From NCBI GenBank assembly GCA_963748445.1, contig CAVVIU010000002.1:8974-72973 (forward strand): a stretch of 64,000 bases of DNA, in the 5' to 3' direction. Both the position numbers and the translations under genes were made by a program. Source of the DNA: Methanobacteriota archaeon (GTDB lineage: Archaea > Halobacteriota > Bog-38 > Methanoflorentales > Methanoflorentaceae). Position 1 is the stretch's first letter. Each line of letters opens with the position of its first letter. The notes under the pieces are model-generated. The model searched no databases and had not been told where the DNA came from. It saw only the letters and a program-made list of their open reading frames with translations. This document shows positions 30,204 through 41,244 of this stretch, one piece after another.

Positions 30204-30935
30204 CAAAGAGAAGGTGTATCATTTTCACAGGTCCGAGTCTGAGCTTCGAAGAAGTTAAACAGTATGATCCAGATATAGAATGCCACCCCCCAGTAAGTCG
30301 GGGCGACGTGAAGAGAGTAGTTGAATTAGGAATAAAAATAATTGGAATTATTGATGGCATCTTTTACAACAGAGCTGCCGTATCTCACAGAGAGATACTT
30401 GATGCCTTACGGTCGGGAGTGGTGGTTGTGGGAGGCTCCAGCATGGGTGCTCTTAGAGCATATGAGCTCGACAAATTTGGCATGATAGGGATTGGTAAAA
30501 TCTATAGTTGTTACAAAAAAGGAGTTATTGAAGCGGATGACGAAGTCGCTTTAGCTTTTAATCCAATCACATATGAGGCAGTCTCTGTCCCCCTTGTAAA
30601 TATTAGACACGCATTAAAAGCTCTCGAAGAGACAAAAATTTTGAACGTCAAACAACGAGACAAAATACTAAAGATCGCGCAGAATCTCTTTTATCCCGAC
30701 AGAAGATTTGAAACCATATTGGAAAATGCACTACGTGAAAAAGTCATTGGCGCGGAAGATGCTAGAGAGAATTGAAACGTTCATAAAAGCCAGTGATGTT
30801 GACTTAAAAAAACAAGATGCCATCGAAGTTGTAAAAGAGATTATCAGAATAAAAGACGATACAGAACGTTCGACCTCAACTAGTCAAATCAGGTCTAGAT
30901 TACTAACGTCGGACTACGTGACGACTGTCAGTTAA
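30200..30935 (+). CDS. tfuA: TfuA-like protein; frameshift near 30770
   Basis: IIFTGPSL...PPVSRGDV...IGIIDGIF...VSHREILDAL..GVVVVGGSSMGALRA is the TfuA core. The C-terminus continues in ORF 30708..30935 as ETFIKASDVDLKKQDAIEVV. Confidence 0.85.
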
Positions 30936-31016
30936 GACGATACGACGCAACAGGTGCACAAGTTCTAAATACCCATCACGGTTTCGACGGCTCATATCTC
31001 GAGGTCATAGTGTAAT

Positions 31017-31515
31017 ATGCAGCGGTTTGAATCCACACTCTTGTTAAAGATAGGAAAACTGCACGGAACAAGAATCGTGCTGATGGGGATAGGTAATGAG
31101 CTACGGCATGATGATGGTGTTGGGCAGAGCATTATTAAACGATTAAACGAATGTGCTGGTGACACTATTTCTGTGGTAGACTGTAAAGACGTACCAGAAA
31201 ATTATACTAGTTATGTTAAACGTTTCAAACCAACTCATATAATTTTAATAGATGCGGTAGATTTTGGCGCAAATCCTGGCGATGTTGACATTTTTGAAAT
31301 TCAAGATATTGAATCCATCGGGATTACCACCCATAAGGCGTCGCTTACAGTCATGGCTGACTACCTTCTTCAAGAGACCTCTGCTCGTGATTTTCGTGAT
31401 CGGCATACAACCAGCTAATTCAAGCTTTGGAATCGGGCTAAGTCTGGACGTAAAAAAAGCTGTAGACTTGATCGTTGGATCATTAAGAACAGTTTTAAAT
31501 TGCACGACTGCATAA
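31017..31515 (+). CDS. hydrogenase maturation protease (HycI/FrhD-like); frameshift near 31386
   Basis: IVLMGIGNELRHDDGVG and IILIDAVDFGANPGDV. It continues in frame +1 as VIFVIGIQPANSSFGIGLSLDVKKAV. Confidence 0.75.
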
Positions 31516-31541
31516 ATCATACTTTGAGGGTTTGACATAAT

Positions 31542-32480
31542 ATGGAACTTGATGAATTCGGTCACATTCCGTGGATAGTTCCCTATCACGACATTTTAGC
31601 TATAGCTGGTAATAACTATGTGGAATTAATCGAATTTACAAACTGCTACGGAGGAGCTGCTTGGGCGAGGTATCACTACACCAAAGCGAGTCCATTAATT
31701 ACAGCAAGCCGCTCGATCGGAAGTACCACCCGTTACATGCTCAAAATAGGAAGTTCAAGCCTTAATTTAATTCCATCTACGTCTGCAGGTGGAATTGAAT
31801 CGGTCGAAGTTGGTGAGGATATTGTAGATGTTACATACGCAGGTCTTGGCGGCGGTGGCGTCGGCGCTACGATGTGTCGAGCTCAGGCGCGTGATGTAAT
31901 AAAGTATGACCTCACGCCTGCAGGAGGGAGCATGCTTAGCAGGGGAACTCTATCGCTTCCAAAAAGATCAAGGGTAATTATTGGCGTTGATGATACAGAC
32001 ACGAAAGACGAAGGCGCCACGTGGTCACTTGTTCACAATATCGCTAATAGAGTGGATAGTAAAGAGTTTCGGTACGTCTCACATAGCATTGTTCAACTTT
32101 ATCCTGTTAAGGCCAAAACTAAGAACTGTGTTGCTACGGTCGTAGAATTTGCAAGCTTAAAGAGCGACCAAAAGATCAAAAAGTTTTCAAGGTTGCTTGA
32201 AAAATATTCGTTATCTGAACATACCGGAATGGCCGTGCTACAGTCGTTCAACGCTAAAAATCTTTTACATTACGGAAATGCAGCGCGATCTGGAGAAGTC
32301 ACTATGTCGACGGCCTTAGAGGCAGCTTCATGCGTAGGTGTTAAACTGTTTCATGAAGGCAGAGGGATCATAGGGGCTGTAGCATGTCTACCGTTCTTCG
32401 CGCAGCCTGATGAATCAATCAAGCTTGATTTGATTAATTACAATCGATCTAGTAATTTTTACTCTAATGCGGTACCATAA
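31542..32480 (+). CDS. conserved methanogen protein with TiaS-like (DUF1743) domain; likely methanogenesis marker protein 11
   Basis: 312 aa. VIIGVDDTDTKDEGATWSL resembles the GxDDTDS motif of the TiaS N-terminal kinase-like domain. The marker-11 name is recalled, not verified. Confidence 0.5.
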   Translation: MELDEFGHIPWIVPYHDILAIAGNNYVELIEFTNCYGGAAWARYHYTKASPLITASRSIGSTTRYMLKIGSSSLNLIPSTSAGGIESVEVGEDIVDVTYAGLGGGGVGATMCRAQARDVIKYDLTPAGGSMLSRGTLSLPKRSRVIIGVDDTDTKDEGATWSLVHNIANRVDSKEFRYVSHSIVQLYPVKAKTKNCVATVVEFASLKSDQKIKKFSRLLEKYSLSEHTGMAVLQSFNAKNLLHYGNAARSGEVTMSTALEAASCVGVKLFHEGRGIIGAVACLPFFAQPDESIKLDLINYNRSSNFYSNAVP

Positions 32481-32716
32481 GCAACGGTGAACTTACGCTG
32501 TCGACGCGTTAGCATCTATAGCGTAACTGCCAACTGGCATACGTTTTCACTTTGGGGTTAGGGAGAGAGCGATAGCCTTGCAATTAATGCGACGTTTATC
32601 GCCTGCGCGTGCGCGACTGGCTGTACGTGCCGAAAGTTAACTTCGCCCAACGTATGACATATTGCTCCACATTTGGCTACTATTTTAATTAAAAAGTAAC
32701 AAATTAGCTTATTTAT

Positions 32717-32932
32717 CTAACCGCCTGAAACGATTTTCAATATGTTGACTTTCTCGACTTTTACATTTTCATCAAGAGGGACTGGAAGACCGTTCGAAAA
32801 TATAAGAGTTTCCTCAGGGTTTATTTCCATCTCTAACAACAGTTGTTCGTAGTTTGAACCTTCTGGAATGCTCACCTCACACTCTTGGCCTTTAATTGCA
32901 ACAGTCACTGAAATAATCCCATTGTTTTTCAT
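32717..32932 (-). CDS. MoaD/ThiS-family ubiquitin-like small protein (SAMP-like), C-terminal GG
   Basis: 71 aa ending in ...ILKIVSGG*. Its beta-grasp-like pattern (V.V...G....V....G.....LL) supports the call. Confidence 0.7.
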   Translation of the reverse strand: MKNNGIISVTVAIKGQECEVSIPEGSNYEQLLLEMEINPEETLIFSNGLPVPLDENVKVEKVNILKIVSGG

Positions 32933-32988
32933 CCAACAAATATCTATATAAGAGGTAATATATGAAAGATCTGTAGCAAGTCTTTTAA

Positions 32989-33125
32989 GCCGGGGTGGCA
33001 GAGTGGACTAATCTGCTAAAGAGTCCAAACGCGGCAGGCTCGAGACCTGTTGATGCCTTGAATGTGAAGGCTTGCCGGGCTTTTGTAGGGGATGCATCGC
33101 TTGGGTTCAAATCCCGACCCCGGCG
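32989..33125 (+). tRNA. class II tRNA, probably tRNA-Ser(CGA), 137 nt with about 50 nt of inserted (intron-like) sequence
   Basis: Acceptor stem GCCGGGG/CCCCGGC with discriminator G. D-arm GCAG-AGTGGACTAAT-CTGC. Anticodon arm GCAGG-CTCGAGA-CCTGT (33034-33050, anticodon CGA at 33041-33043). Variable-arm stem GATGC/GCATC. T-arm TTGGG-TTCAAAT-CCCGA. Extra 17 nt lie at 33017-33033 and 37 nt at 33057-33093. Confidence 0.75.
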
Positions 33126-33195
33126 CTTATTTTATGAAAAACGCAGTTTATGAGACGCTTACCTTAGTTTTCCCAAATGAATCTCAATTTGAAGT

Positions 33196-33525
33196 TTATT
33201 CGAATTCAAGTTTATTTTCTATGTAGTTCATCAGTTGACCGACCTTCCAGTAAACATCAAGCAATTTTTCCTTAACATGTACAACATCGGTAAAGTCATC
33301 GCCAGTATAGTCGTATAATTTAATCTGGGTTATGACATCAAACAACTCGTCTTCTTCGAGTTCCGAAGTCACTTCAGTCAAGTACTTATTATAGAGTTTA
33401 ATATACGGATTCACGTCAATGTGACTATTTATTAAAGAAGTGTCGAGGACATTTTCTAATTTAACGTGAAGATCTGAAACTTCCTTTAACGCATCTCCTA
33501 ACTTTAATTTTATCTGTGGATTCAT
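33196..33525 (-). CDS. hypothetical protein
   Basis: 109-aa acidic, helical ORF with no recognisable motif. Confidence 0.35.
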   Translation of the reverse strand: MNPQIKLKLGDALKEVSDLHVKLENVLDTSLINSHIDVNPYIKLYNKYLTEVTSELEEDELFDVITQIKLYDYTGDDFTDVVHVKEKLLDVYWKVGQLMNYIENKLEFE

Positions 33526-33755
33526 AGCTCTAAGTATTTAGTCGAGTGTTGCACTGATTTTTTTTAATTTGGAGAGCTTTGTTGAATGCGCGAACACATC
33601 CAACAATTCACAATCTAAAAGTCAAATTAAGTGTAGTTCATTTAATATCTTTCGCTTTGTGTAAGCAACGATAAGAGTGACGATAATTAGTCTTTGTGAA
33701 ATATCATTCAAAAAAAGCATCAATCTTATACGCTTATAAGGTGCAAACAAGTTCA

Positions 33756-34576
33756 ATGATCGAAATAGGCATAGCAGGCATACCGTCTAACGTTGAAAGG
33801 TAAGGGGACGAGCGAGGGCATAAAATATCTGTCGCAGATTGGTCTCGACGCAATGGAGGTCCAATTTGTAAGAAGGGTATCCATGAAAGAGGAGACTGCA
33901 CGGGAGGTAGGTCGGGTTGCTAAGGAGTATAACATTGCCCTTTCAGTTCACGCTCCTTACATGATCAATCTAGCGTCTGAAAATCCAACGATTATTGTGG
34001 AGAGTTTGGGCAGGATTAAACAGTCGGTTGCTAGGGGGTGGGCGCTCGGGGCGTCCATTGTGGTATTTCATTCTGCCTACTACACAAAAAAATACACCAA
34101 AGATGAAACCTATGAATTTGTGCGGGCTGGATGCTCAGAGGTGCTCGACTACATGGAAGAGAGTGGCTACCGTGGGATCAAATTAGGCGTAGAAATTATG
34201 GGCCGACAGAGCCAGTTTGGAACAGTTGATGAGCTGTATAAACTTACAAAAGAAGTAAGTGGTGTTGTACCCGCAGTGGATTTTGCTCACCTCAACGCTA
34301 GGTGCAACGGGTGCATGAAGGCCAGTTGAAGACTACTCCTCGGTTCTTTTAAAGCTTTTTAATAAAGATGACCGGGTACACATACATTTTTCGGGCATTG
34401 AATTTTCTAATGGAAACGAGAAACGGCACTTGCCTGTCGACTTCAATCAGTTTAAGCTCCTTATCACAGCGCTTGAAAAAACAAGATGTAATGCCAGAAT
34501 AATCTGTGAATCTCCCTTGCTTGAACAAGATGCGCTAAAAATGAAATCACTCGTTGTAAAAACATCGAAAAACTGA
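33756..34576 (+). CDS. nfo: endonuclease IV-like TIM-barrel protein (xylose isomerase-like fold); two frameshifts (near 33795 and 34320)
   Basis: MIEIGIAGIPSNVE (33756) joins KGTSEGIKYLSQIGLDAMEVQFVR...LSVHAPYMINLAS (ORF 33793..34329). A third frame gives VEDYSSVLLKLFNKDDRVHIHFSGIEFSNGNEKRHLP...ICESPLLEQDALKM to a stop at 34574-34576. Confidence 0.7.
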
Positions 34577-34669
34577 TCTATGGTATGGAAACAGCTAAAT
34601 AAGTTGGAAAGCTTTATGTACCATAACTTTTGTTTTTGTAACATTAACAAAAAAAACGTGAGGTTCAGT

Positions 34670-34944
34670 ATGACAGATGATAACATTATATACGTAGGCA
34701 ACAAACCTGTGATGAATTACGTACTAGCCGTTGTCACCCAATTTAACAATGGTGCAAATGAAGTCTTGATAAAAGCGCGGGGTCGTGCAATTTCACGAGC
34801 GGTCGATGTAGCCGAGATTGCAAGGAATAGATTCCTTACTGAAGTGCGATGTTAAAGACATCGCCATATCAACTGAGAGTCTCGGCTACTGAAGACGGAG
34901 ATACTACCAATGTATCAGCTATCGAGATAACAGTTGCAAAATAG
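34670..34944 (+). CDS. albA: DNA/RNA-binding protein Alba; two frameshifts (near 34847 and 34884)
   Basis: [56 protein letters not shown], then [12 protein letters not shown], then [19 protein letters not shown] in successive +1 frames. Confidence 0.85.
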
Positions 34945-35142
34945 ACCTCATTTTTTAACTTAGGCCTTATTTTTTTAACTTTTACTTTTTATTACATATC
35001 TATATCTTGAGTACCTCTGCTTGACATAGTTGAATAGCCATCAATTTTTTGAGTTTTGAGTTCGTAATACTTTGTAAATAACTGTAGCATATGTTCATGC
35101 CAGCTTAATAAGAGAACAAAAAAACGTTTGTATGTCGATAGA

Positions 35143-36044
35143 TTAGAGGTAATCGCGGAGGTTCTCAATATTTTTTAAAAAAAGACCTTTTCTGCTTCCG
35201 AATTGCGAAAGGGACATAGAAGCAAGCAAATTGCCATAACGTCCGCAAGTGTACGTATCCTCACCAGCTAACATGCCATAGATAAAACCCGCTGCAAAAG
35301 CGTCCCCCGCCCCTAACGTGTCAGCAACTGTTGATTCATATGGCGGAACGTGACTGGTGTAATCGTCTGTTGCCAAAAAACAACCGAATTTACCAAGAGT
35401 AACGACTACTAACTGAGCACCCATCGCAACTAACGTAACGCACCCTCACAGTAATCGAGGTCTGTAAGCAGTTCAGTCTCATATTTGTTGAGAAAAACGA
35501 CGTGGCTTGACTCTATTATCGGTGTTAAGGCATCTAGACCAAAATTTGAATAAATGTCTCCCGGGCTGAAAGATATTTTTGTCTTCGAGCTTCTTAACTG
35601 TTTGACAAAACTTATCTGCATCTTCAGCTGCTCAACATTCCCGAATGAACACACGTGCAAAAACTTCGCTGTTTTCGCATAATCATAATCACTCGCAAAA
35701 TAATCATCATTCACACTCGGTAAAATATAGATAGTTCGTTCTCCGTATTTATCAATAAATATCAACGCAGTCCCAGTGTTGCCCTCTCGAACCTTAATCC
35801 CTGTTACTGCTACTCCTTCTTTTTTTAAGTCGTTTAATAATGCGTTTCCTTCTCTGTCTTGTCCTATAACGCCAATAATCCCAGTCTTAACGCCCAAACG
35901 TGCAAGTCCTACAACGGTATTAGGGGCAGAGCCTCCCGGCTGATAAGCAGCAGACATAACACCTACTTCTTGTCCCGGCGACGCAATTCTGTCAACTTCG
36001 TATATTTTGTCGCAATTAATAGCTCCAAATCCAATCACGTCCAT
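35143..36044 (-). CDS. PfkB-family carbohydrate kinase (ribokinase-like); frameshift near 35432
   Basis: MDVIGFGAINCDKIY ... GGSAPNTVVGLARLG (N-terminal part). GAQLVVVTLGKFG ... DTLGAGDAFAAGFIYG (C-terminal PfkB signature). The two parts are separated by a one-base shift. Confidence 0.8.
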
Positions 36045-36101
36045 GTGTGAAAATTTGTCAGCTTAATATAAATACGCGATGAAAAATTAAAAGATGAATA
36101 A

Positions 36102-36871
36102 ATGCCTTTACATAGATCGATGTATGTCAGAAATGTTGAGCTTACTGATATTGTGATTGAATGCAGCGACATAAAGACTTTTTTCTTCGATCACCGTTTC
36201 GACTTTATCCCGGGACAGTATGTAATGATTTGGATTAGGGGTGTTGACGAAATACCGATGAGCCTTTCGTATGCTGATGCGATTACTGTGAGAAGCGTTG
36301 GCGAGGCGACTTCGGAACTATTCAAATTAAGCATAGGAGACGAAATTGGAATAAGGGGACCCTATGGTAACGGATTCAAGGATCCTGATAACTCCGTTCT
36401 ACTTATTGCTGGCGGGCTAGGAGCAGCTCCGCTCAGCCCCCTTGCGGAAACATTAAACAGGCGAAGTGATAACAATACTTGGGGCAAAAACGAAAGACGA
36501 ATTGCTATTTGTAGACAGATTCACAAACGTTGGCGATGTGTTAATCACTACAGACGACGGATCGTGTGGACACGCGGGCTTTCCGGTAGATCTTCTGGGG
36601 CAAGTTAAGGGCTATAATGAGATCATATCATGCGGACCGGAAAAAATGATGAAAGCGGTACTTGACTTTGCTACGACCGTGAACCTACCGACCCAGTTCA
36701 GCTTGCAAAGGTACATAAAGTGCGGGATCGGTCTATGTGGCTCGTGTTGCATAGACCCTGATGGCTTAAGGGTTTGTACAGACGGTCCTGTCTTTACTAG
36801 TGAGCAATTACTGGCAGTCTGAATTCGGTTACTATACGAGGGATGCGAGTGGAAGAAAGGTGGATCTGTGA
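36102..36871 (+). CDS. pyrK: dihydroorotate dehydrogenase electron-transfer subunit; two frameshifts (near 36465 and 36815)
   Basis: FIPGQYVMIWIRGVDEIPMS, GIRGPYGNGF and LLIAGGLGAAPL, then ITILGAKTKDELLF...CGIGLCGSCC (Fe-S motif), then SEFGYYTRDASGRKVDL* in a third frame. Confidence 0.75.
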
Positions 36872-37593
36872 TAGGGAGATTCAGAAAGGACCACAGAGTC
36901 TTTTTCGGTACGGTGAATGGTGATACCGTCACATCAGATGGCAGGGAATATGAGTTAACAGATCTTAAAATACTTCCGCCGACTCTTCCTAGCAAAATAG
37001 TGTGTGTGGGTCTAAATTATATCGATCACGCACGGGAATTGAACTACCCAATACCTGAGTGGCCCATATTGTTCATAAAGCCTTCAACGAGTGTAATAGG
37101 GCACATGGATAACATTGAATATCCAAAGATGAGTTCATTAGTTGAGTATGAGGGAGAATTGGCGGTGGTAATAGCAAAAAAATGTAAAAACGTCAAGGAT
37201 CCTGAAGACGTAATATTAGGGTACACCTGCATTAATGATGTAACGGCAAGAGATATCCAAAATAAAGACGTTCAGTGGACGAGAGCTAAGAGCTTCGATA
37301 CATTTGCACCGATCGGCCCTTTTATATCAGCAGATATAAATTCAGAAAATGTTCGTATCAAGACGAAAGTTAACGGCAAGACTCGGCAGAAATCGAACAC
37401 CAAGAATTTAATTTTCAACGTGGACTATCTCGTCAGGTTCATATCTGGCGTAATGACATTAAACGAGGGGGATATCATCGCCACTGGTACTCCCTACGGC
37501 GTTGGTGAACTGACGGCCGGTGATACTGTAGAGATCGAGATAGGGGGCATAGGAGTTCTTTCAAACAATGTAATAGAGGAAAGAACCACATAA
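36868..37593 (+). CDS. fumarylacetoacetate hydrolase (FAH) family protein
   Basis: KIVCVGLNYIDHARE, YEGELAVVI, NDVTARD and GTPYGVG are FAH-family motifs. Confidence 0.85.
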   Translation: MIGRFRKDHRVFFGTVNGDTVTSDGREYELTDLKILPPTLPSKIVCVGLNYIDHARELNYPIPEWPILFIKPSTSVIGHMDNIEYPKMSSLVEYEGELAVVIAKKCKNVKDPEDVILGYTCINDVTARDIQNKDVQWTRAKSFDTFAPIGPFISADINSENVRIKTKVNGKTRQKSNTKNLIFNVDYLVRFISGVMTLNEGDIIATGTPYGVGELTAGDTVEIEIGGIGVLSNNVIEERTT

Positions 37594-37628
37594 TAATTCC
37601 AAATCATACTACTAAATTCAAAAAGAGC

Positions 37629-40257
37629 ATGACGATGGACATTCCAAAAAATTACAATCATAACTACGTTGAATCCAAGTGGTTATCTAACTGGGATTTA
37701 CGCATGTATCAGTATAAGGACAGCGATAAGAACAACTTTATAATTGACACTCCCCCGCCATATCCGACTGGGAACTTTCATTTGGGAAATGCATTAAACT
37801 GGTGCTATATTGATTTTATAGCCCGTTATAAGCGCATGAAAGGATTTAACGTGATGTTTCCGCAAGGATGGGATTGCCACGGGCTCCCAACAGAGGTTAA
37901 AGTTGAGCGAATATACAACGTAACGAAGAATCAGATACCGCGGTACGAGTTCCGCGGGTTGTGCGAAAATTTAACTCGTGAGAACATAGCCCTTATGAAA
38001 CAGACGATGAAAAGATTGGCATTTTCGACAGATTGGACTCAAGAATTCATAACGATGAACAAGAACTACTATGCTAAGACACAACAGTCGTTCGTTCAAA
38101 TGTATAAGAGTGGCCGTATTTATCGAAGTGAGCACCCGGTAAATTGGTGTCCAAGATGTGAAACAGCGATAGCGTTCGCTGAAGTCGATTATAAGTCGCG
38201 CTCCACAACTCTTAACTATATTCGATTTAGAGGAGCCGACGGAAGCGAAATAGGCATAGCAACAACTCGCCCGGAGCTTCTTTTTGCCTGTGTTGCGGTG
38301 GCGATTAACCCGAATGACGAGCGACATTCCTATCTCGCAGGGAAGAAACTCAAAGTTCCCCTTTACGATCATGAAATTGAGGTTATAGCTGACGAGAATG
38401 TTGATCCTGATTTTGGTACAGGGGCCGTTATGATTTGCACATTTGGGGACAAACAAGACGTAAGGTGGTGGAAAGAGCATAATCTGCCGTTGAGACAGGC
38501 GATTGCAAAGGACGGGCGACTTATAGACGATAGGTATCGAGGGATGACTATAGAAGAGGGAAAGGCTCGCATAATTGGTGATCTCGACAACAGCGAATTG
38601 CTCTATAAGCAAGAGCATATTGAGCAAAATATCGGAATTCACGACAGATGCGAAACGCCGATAGAGATTCTTTCAGAAATGCAGTGGTTTGTGAAGGTAG
38701 ACAAAGAGATAATACTTAAAAGAGCGGATCAAATTCAGTGGATCCCGGCATACGCACTAACGCGGCTAAAAAACTGGACTGAAAGTTTAGACTGGGATTG
38801 GTGCATTTCTCGCCAGAGAGTATTTGCAACGCCGATCCCGGTGTGGTACTGCCGGGAATGCAACAAGATAATGGTCGCCGAAGAAGAGTGGTTACCAGTT
38901 GATCCTACCGAGGAAGAGCCGAAAAGCGTATGTGAGTGTGGCTCCAGCATATTCACGCCGGAAACAGACGTCCTCGACACGTGGATGGACTCCTCGATAT
39001 CAGCTCTCCACGTTTCAGGTTGGCCGAATGTGGAACTCTTCGAGAAGCGGTTTCCGACGCAATTACGCCCTCAAGGTCATGACATTATTAGAACATGGGC
39101 TTTTTACACCATCCTGCGATCGGACGCGCTGGCTTCTAAAAAGCCCTGGGAAACTATAGTAATCAATGGCATGGTTTTGGGTGAAGACGGACAAAAAATG
39201 AGCAAATCGTTTGGCAATATCATAGCCCCTGAAACAATAATAACAGAGTATGGAACCGATGCTCTGAGGCAGTGGGCTGCAATAGGCGGATCGGTCGGCT
39301 CAGATATCGCGTATAATCTTAAAGATATAATCGCGTCGGCGACGATTTCTTACAAAACTATGGAACGTGTTCAGGTTTTCGATGATTCACCTTTCAAAAG
39401 GTGTAAATGAAGCTATAGAGTTTAATCACTTAAAAACAACAGACCGATGGCTTATATTGAAATTAACTGAACTGATAGTTTCTGTGACTGAAAACATGGA
39501 GCAGTATGAATTTGATGAAGCGCTAAAAAAGATAAGGACCTTTGTGTGGAATACTTTAGCTGATAACTATATTGAGCTAGCAAAGGGACGACTTTACAAA
39601 GGCGACGAGTCTGCAAAATATGCGCTACATACTGCTCTTGGAAATATCGTAAAACTGTTGGCGCCTTTTTGTCCATATTTTACAGAGGAGGTATTCTTCC
39701 ACCTTAGTTCTGGTCGAGACAGTGTTCATTTGCAGCGTTGGCCTGAAGTTGACGTTAAAGTGAGTGATATTATTGCCACAAAAGGTGTAGAAGCACTTGC
39801 AGCTCCACTTCAATCAGGCGAACTGATAAAGAACATAGCGAGTGGGATACGGCGTTATAAATCGGAACATAAAATTGCGCTAAATGCAAGAATGGAGGGC
39901 ATAAAAGCCTACCTTACACGCGACATAGAGGACGGGGAAGAAGATATAAATAACGCGGTTAACGCGGAAATTGAATTTAACCTGGGAGCACCAACGCTCG
40001 TTGAAACAATAAAGAGTATACAGCCTAACATGAATTTGATAGGACCTAGATTCAAATCTGAGGCTAAAAAAATTGTCGAATTAGTCCGCAATACGCCACC
40101 TGACAAAATAGCTGAGCAGCTGCGTATGGGCGTGATTCAGCTCAATGGATATAAACTTGAACCCTCAGACGTTAGCGTTGTAAGGGAATTGTCGTTTGAA
40201 GGGATGGCTGTAGATGTAGTTGCAGTAGAAGGTGCTACAATTCTTATACGTAAATAA
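37629..40257 (+). CDS. valS: valine--tRNA ligase; frameshift at 39331-39340
   Basis: PPPYPTGNFHLGNA (HIGH) and KMSKSFGN (KMSKS). Track ORFs 37629..39410 and 39367..40257 join as DII..RRFLTKLWNVFRFSMIHL. Confidence 0.9.
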
Positions 40258-40268
40258 AGGGAGTAAGC

Positions 40269-40940
40269 TTACCATTTTTCTTTCTCAATTTGATATTTAC
40301 GTAGACAGTTTAAGACCTCATCATCAGTGAGATCGTAAAACTTCGTATAAAAGCTCGCGACAGCAAACCAGGGTCGATCGCTCGTCAATGGACATATGAA
40401 ATTATCGACTTTTGATTTTATCAAATTTTCAGCGCTTTTTGATGAAACTGGAACCACAACAACAACCTTTTCAGGCTCCAACTTTTTTACAAAGTTGACA
40501 GCTGCAAGTGCTGTGTATCCTGTGGCTAGACCATCGTCTACAATTATCGCTATTTTGTTTTTTACTTCAGGAAAGGGTTTGTCGCCCCTGTATCGTTCCG
40601 TCCTTCGTCGTACCTCCTCTAAAACACGGTTCGCAATACTGTCGATCTCCCAATCAGTTAGCCCCAGATACTGAACCATGTCTTCGTTTAAAACTCTCGT
40701 ACCGTCTTCGGTTATTGCACCGAATCCAGCTTCCGGATTCCCTGGAATTGGAAGTTTTCTAGGTATTACCAGATCTAATTCGGCTCTAAGTCTAGCAGCA
40801 ATGGGGTACGCAACTTGAATGCCACCACGCGGTATAGCCAGAACCACTAGCGTTTGACCTTCATACCGCACCAATCTCTCTGCGAGCACCTGCCCGGCCT
40901 GAAGCCTGTCTTTATACATATAAAGCATTGTTGAACGCAT
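40269..40940 (-). CDS. phosphoribosyltransferase family protein
   Basis: AIIVDDGLATGYT is the PRPP-binding loop. FKDRxxAG-type N-terminus (YKDRLQAGQVLA). Confidence 0.8.
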   Translation of the reverse strand: MRSTMLYMYKDRLQAGQVLAERLVRYEGQTLVVLAIPRGGIQVAYPIAARLRAELDLVIPRKLPIPGNPEAGFGAITEDGTRVLNEDMVQYLGLTDWEIDSIANRVLEEVRRRTERYRGDKPFPEVKNKIAIIVDDGLATGYTALAAVNFVKKLEPEKVVVVVPVSSKSAENLIKSKVDNFICPLTSDRPWFAVASFYTKFYDLTDDEVLNCLRKYQIEKEKW

Positions 40941-41244
40941 ATGTTTTTATAACTATTTTCTTGATTCGACAATTTTTTACCCTTTAATAAATGTAATAAT
41001 TGGATATAGACTAAAAAAGCAGATTGAACTAGAAATTCAAACAAAAAGTTCGGCTGCTGGTCTTCTTCTTCACCCTCGACATCCAACGTAACACTGCGAT
41101 GATGAACTGTATCTATTAGCAGACTAGAGCGACACATAGCCTTCTATCTGCCACCTTCTGTTCATAAATTATTATATATAATATAGTGATCTCGTTATCT
41201 CAATAAATAATCGTTACTGTATAAAAATAGCATTGAGGATTATA

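Noticed and set aside
32989-33125. Alternative reading of the long tRNA as an intron-containing tRNA-Trp (loop GTCCAAA, anticodon CCA) with a single 50-nt intron
   Set aside because: This model gives a mature length of about 87 nt. However, it needs a weak anticodon stem (AAAGA with CTTTT, closing mismatch), G at position 32, a class II variable region that does not fold, and a Ser-type acceptor, discriminator and D-loop. The GCAGG-CTCGAGA-CCTGT arm is far more canonical.
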